A stretch of DNA of 39,773 nt from Bacteroides fragilis (GTDB lineage: Bacteria; Bacteroidota; Bacteroidia; Bacteroidales; Muribaculaceae). Shown here piece by piece: positions 36,462 to 39,773 of the stretch. The notes below the pieces were generated by a model. It ran no database searches and was not told the DNA's origin. It saw only the letters and a program-made list of their open reading frames with translations. The stretch covers positions 1 to 39,773 of the forward strand of contig CAVIEK010000002.1 in NCBI GenBank assembly GCA_963641805.1, written 5' to 3'. The translations under genes and the position numbers were made by a program. Each line of letters starts with the position of its first letter. Within the stretch, counting starts at the first letter, position 1.

Positions 36462-36554
36462 AACCTAATTATTTGTTCTTATTCTGCACCTACTGCTTTC
36501 CGCGATCAATCAGGCAAGCGAAGCACATGATTGCCTGTGTGGTGCATATTTTTG

Positions 36555-36562
36555 CAAATTTA
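36555..36562 (-). promoter_or_regulatory. -7 promoter element for the PAP2 gene
   Basis: TAAATTTG on the minus strand about 93 nt upstream of the start. Confidence 0.55.
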
Positions 36563-36597
36563 CTAAAATATCCCGACTACGGCTTATGCCGATACCT

Positions 36598-36642
36598 AAA
36601 AAAAGCATTCCCGCCAATCGCTTCATCGCGTGGCGGGAATGC
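36598..36642 (-). terminator. Intrinsic terminator of the M16 peptidase gene
   Basis: gcattcccgcca / tggcgggaatgc 12-bp stem followed on the minus strand by T7. Confidence 0.9.
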
Positions 36643-36718
36643 AGTTATGGGTTTGGGGTTTGCCGCCGGTCACAAGGCGGTATCAAGCCGTGCCGTACGG
36701 GTTGCCCTTGCTTGATGC

Positions 36719-39547
36719 TTACTTCTTGTCGGCCTCGGGGAACATCATCACCTCCAAGTGATTGCCCTGTGCGACGAGTTTCTTCACGAAAGCCGATATC
36801 TTGGCGGGGGTCATTGCATTCACTATGTCCTGATAGCCGGTGAGCAGGTCGACGCCTTCGCCATAGTAAGAGCCTATCTGATTGAGCCAGGTGCCGTTTT
36901 CCTTGAGTTCGGTCTCCACTGTCTTGATCATGTTCTTGCGGGTCTTCTCAAGGTCGTCGGCATTGACTGTGGTGGTGAGTCGGTCAAACTCCTCACGCAT
37001 AATCTTGATGGCGAGGTCTTTCTTCTCAGGCTTCATCGGGCACACGCCCATCACGGTTGTGGTCACAATGTTGCCTGAGCGCTGAACGTAGCCTACGGCT
37101 CCGGCCGAGTAGGCTGCACTGGCCTCCTCGCGGATTTTCTGCAGATAGACGATGCTCAGCAGCTGACCTACGGCATCGGAATACACCTTGTTCTCAACGC
37201 TGAAAGGCATTGCCGTGTTATACCAATACATGCGTGCCATTGCCTTGGGAGTCTCCATCTTGCGGGTGAATTCCACGATATTCTTGCCTGTGGGGCGCTC
37301 AGTCACGTCGACAAATTTCGAAGTGACCTTGCCGAGCGACGGCAGCGATGCCACATACTGCTCGATGAGAGGCTTGATGCTGTCTTCATTAAAGTTGCCC
37401 ACGAAGTAGAACGTGTAGTCGGCGGCATTGGATGTGCGCTCCTTGGCTATTGCCAGGATGCGGTCATAGTTCACACTCTTGAGGTCGGCGAGCTCAAGCG
37501 GCTTCTCGCGCTGAGTGCGGTTTGACATTATGTAGCTGCATGAGTCGCTGAACACGCTCTCTGGCCGTAGCGACTTGTTCTTGAGGTAGGTCTCGTAGAG
37601 ATTCATTGTGGTTGCCCAGTTCTTGGCATCTTTCTTCACGTTGGTGAAGTGGAGATAGGTAAGCTGGAAGAGGGTCTCAAGATCTTTTACCGTTGATGAG
37701 CCGCTGACGTGGTCCTTGGTGGTTGTCATCGACTGCGACACGCTCACCTGCTTGCCGGCCAAGGCTTTCTGGAGCTCCTCGAAGCTGAAGTTGCCCAGAC
37801 CGCTCGAACCGATGGCGTCGTCAAACACATCGAGGTTGATGTAGTCCTTGGGGCCGTAGAGCGACTGTCCGCCTTGGGCAGTGGCTCGCATGAGCACCTC
37901 ATCGGCCTTGAAGTCGGTGTGCTTGAGCACCACTTTCACGCCGTTGCTCAAGGTGAGGGTCTTGGTGTCGAACTTAGAGTCGGCGGTTTCCTTCACGATT
38001 TTGCCCTTGGCAGGGAGCTTGGTGATAAGAGGCTCGGTCTTCACGTTGTCGACGTAGGCGTCGAGTTTCTCGCCGCGCACCTGGGTGAGGGTTGACTTAA
38101 CCTGAGCGGTAGTGGGATATACGGCGTCGGCCTTCTCGCTGCACTGTATCATCACCACCACGTTGCTGTCGGTCTTGCTGATGAGCTCAGGCAGAGCCGA
38201 GTTGATAATCTCAACGGGAAGGACGGGGACGAGTTGCTTCATGAGCTGATACTCCACCTCGATCGATGCCATAGGCTCGTTTTGCAGGAAGTTTTCAGTG
38301 TAGTCGCTGGCATAGGTGTCATTTTTCACCTTATCGCGGTTGTTATACTTTTTCTCGAGCTGGCTCAGATACTCGCTCTTCATGCGCGAATACTCAGTGG
38401 CGGTGAAACCGTGCTGGGCGGCACGCAGCGCCTCCTCATAGATAACCTTGAGGGTGGCGTTTTCCTGACCGGGCTTTGCCACACCCAGCAGGGTAAAGGC
38501 ATCTTTGGTCTTTGAGTAGATATACTGGCCGTCGTATGAGAATGCCTGCAGATAGGGCGATGCCGCATCCTGGGCTTTCTCGCGCAAGCGGTCGTTGAGC
38601 ATCGTGCCCACGGCATATTTCACATAATTCTCAATGAGATAAGCGCAGTTGCTCTTTTCGGCGTCGGGAGTGGCATCGTGCTTGAAGTAGAGAGTCACTA
38701 TGTTGTATTGCTGCTCTTTGTCCTTGTCGATCACGATGATGGGCTGGGCATTGTCTGGCACAGGCTCGTCGACTACCGGGGCTACATTGGCAGGATTCTT
38801 GATACCGCCAAACAACTCCTTGATTTTAGCAACGGTGTAGTCCACGTCCACGTCACCCACCACGATGATGGCTTGGTTTGAGGGGTGATACCACTTCTTG
38901 TAGTAGTCGCGCAGCTCTTTATACTTGAAGTTGTCGACCACCGACATCAGGCCGATGGGCATGCGCTTGCCATACTTGCTGCCTGGATAGAGGGTTTCGA
39001 GGTTGCGCTCGAGCATGCGCTGGTTGGCGCTTGAGCGCAGACGCCACTCTTCGTGAATCACGCCACGCTCCTTGTCGATCTCCTTGTCGTCGAGGGTGAG
39101 GCCGCACGACCAGTCGCGGAGCACGAGCAGACATGAGTCGAGGGCTGAGCGACGCGTCGAGGGCACATCGTTGATATTGTAGACGGTGCGGTCGACAGCG
39201 GTATAGGCGTTGAGGTCGCGGCCGAACTCCACACCCAAGGTGCGGGTGTAGTCGATGATGCCGTTGCCCTTGAAGTTGTCGCTGCCGTTGAAGGCCATGT
39301 GCTCAAGGAAGTGGGCAAGGCCGCGCTGGCTTTCCTCTTCCTGAATTGAGCCCACACGCTGGGCGATGTAGAAGTTAACACGGTGTTCCGGGTAATTGTT
39401 GTGGCGCACGTAATAGGTGAGTCCATTGTCAAGACGGCCAGTGTGCACTTCCTTGTCGACCGGAATCGGCGGCAACTGTGGCTGCTGGGCAAAGGCCGTA
39501 ACGGCAACCAGCATCACAACTGCTGCAATGAATTGCTTTAGTTTCAT
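36719..39547 (-). CDS. Periplasmic M16-family zinc peptidase (PqqL-like)
   Basis: Signal peptide; GRLDNGLTYYV, HFLEH (HxxEH), NAYT, KERGVIHEE; second half TLSNGVKV and IREEASAAYS. Confidence 0.95.
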   Translation of the reverse strand: MKLKQFIAAVVMLVAVTAFAQQPQLPPIPVDKEVHTGRLDNGLTYYVRHNNYPEHRVNFYIAQRVGSIQEEESQRGLAHFLEHMAFNGSDNFKGNGIIDYTRTLGVEFGRDLNAYTAVDRTVYNINDVPSTRRSALDSCLLVLRDWSCGLTLDDKEIDKERGVIHEEWRLRSSANQRMLERNLETLYPGSKYGKRMPIGLMSVVDNFKYKELRDYYKKWYHPSNQAIIVVGDVDVDYTVAKIKELFGGIKNPANVAPVVDEPVPDNAQPIIVIDKDKEQQYNIVTLYFKHDATPDAEKSNCAYLIENYVKYAVGTMLNDRLREKAQDAASPYLQAFSYDGQYIYSKTKDAFTLLGVAKPGQENATLKVIYEEALRAAQHGFTATEYSRMKSEYLSQLEKKYNNRDKVKNDTYASDYTENFLQNEPMASIEVEYQLMKQLVPVLPVEIINSALPELISKTDSNVVVMIQCSEKADAVYPTTAQVKSTLTQVRGEKLDAYVDNVKTEPLITKLPAKGKIVKETADSKFDTKTLTLSNGVKVVLKHTDFKADEVLMRATAQGGQSLYGPKDYINLDVFDDAIGSSGLGNFSFEELQKALAGKQVSVSQSMTTTKDHVSGSSTVKDLETLFQLTYLHFTNVKKDAKNWATTMNLYETYLKNKSLRPESVFSDSCSYIMSNRTQREKPLELADLKSVNYDRILAIAKERTSNAADYTFYFVGNFNEDSIKPLIEQYVASLPSLGKVTSKFVDVTERPTGKNIVEFTRKMETPKAMARMYWYNTAMPFSVENKVYSDAVGQLLSIVYLQKIREEASAAYSAGAVGYVQRSGNIVTTTVMGVCPMKPEKKDLAIKIMREEFDRLTTTVNADDLEKTRKNMIKTVETELKENGTWLNQIGSYYGEGVDLLTGYQDIVNAMTPAKISAFVKKLVAQGNHLEVMMFPEADKK

Positions 39548-39773
39548 AAAAATACTATTATTTGTGTCAGTTTAAACTTTTCTCATTCTATTAAGACACT
39601 AAATTAGGCATTTTTCAACAGTATTTGCCCAATTTTCACACCATATTTGTTTTATTTAACACTTGTTCCGCCGTTTGTTTTTTAGACAGAAGAACAGAAG
39701 GCCAAAGGCCGGGACGGATTTTATCTCCCACTTATTCACTCAAATTTTAGAGCAGGAGCACAGCTGGTTGCGG

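Noticed and set aside
35124..36530. 468-aa plus-strand ORF antisense to the PAP2 gene
   Set aside because: Shadow ORF with no recognisable motifs
16871..39547. Apparent enrichment of peptidases and PLP enzymes (pepT, pip, aspC, PatB, M16) as one pathway
   Set aside because: The genes are dispersed, on different strands and have separate promoters and terminators; no shared operator found
1..39773. CRISPR array, rRNA, tRNA, IS, integrase, prophage or known defence system
   Set aside because: No regularly spaced repeats, cloverleafs, transposase, recombinase, phage or defence-type proteins seen by eye
1..39773. Stop-codon (TAG) reassignment
   Set aside because: Several full-length conserved genes (pepT, aspC, porE-like, YfcE-like) end at TAG at their expected C-termini

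Overview
A gene-dense, apparently core-chromosomal window from a Bacteroidales bacterium. The assignment rests on repeated TAnnTTTG (-7) / TTTG (-33) promoters, A-rich start regions mostly lacking Shine-Dalgarno (SD) sequences, a PorE-like lipoprotein and a T9SS cargo protein; a Muribaculaceae-like origin is only an impression. About 34 CDSs are supported. Housekeeping genes: cmk, ispH, pepT, riboflavin synthase, mtgA, aspartate aminotransferase, PatB/MalY and an M16 peptidase. Carbohydrate and envelope genes: a GHL10/DUF187 T9SS cargo, GH9, an LpqC-like esterase, YfhO, PorE and PAP2. There is also an ECF sigma triad, a small flavin/redox cluster and several poorly characterised conserved proteins. 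I saw no rRNA, tRNA, CRISPR array, transposase, integrase, phage gene or recognisable defence system, and I cannot demonstrate a wholly new system. The best leads are: (i) a YycJ/WalJ-type MBL nuclease with an N-terminal beta-clamp-like motif (QLSIEF); (ii) a PAP2 phosphatase fused to a probable outer-membrane beta-barrel; (iii) a flavinylated FMN-binding/NapH-like membrane protein paired with a membrane-anchored flavin-reductase-fold protein; (iv) a pepT leader with two mutually exclusive helices and a possibly leaderless 32-codon uORF; (v) an ECF triad with a candidate autoregulatory promoter. All family assignments come from motif recognition by eye, not from database searches.
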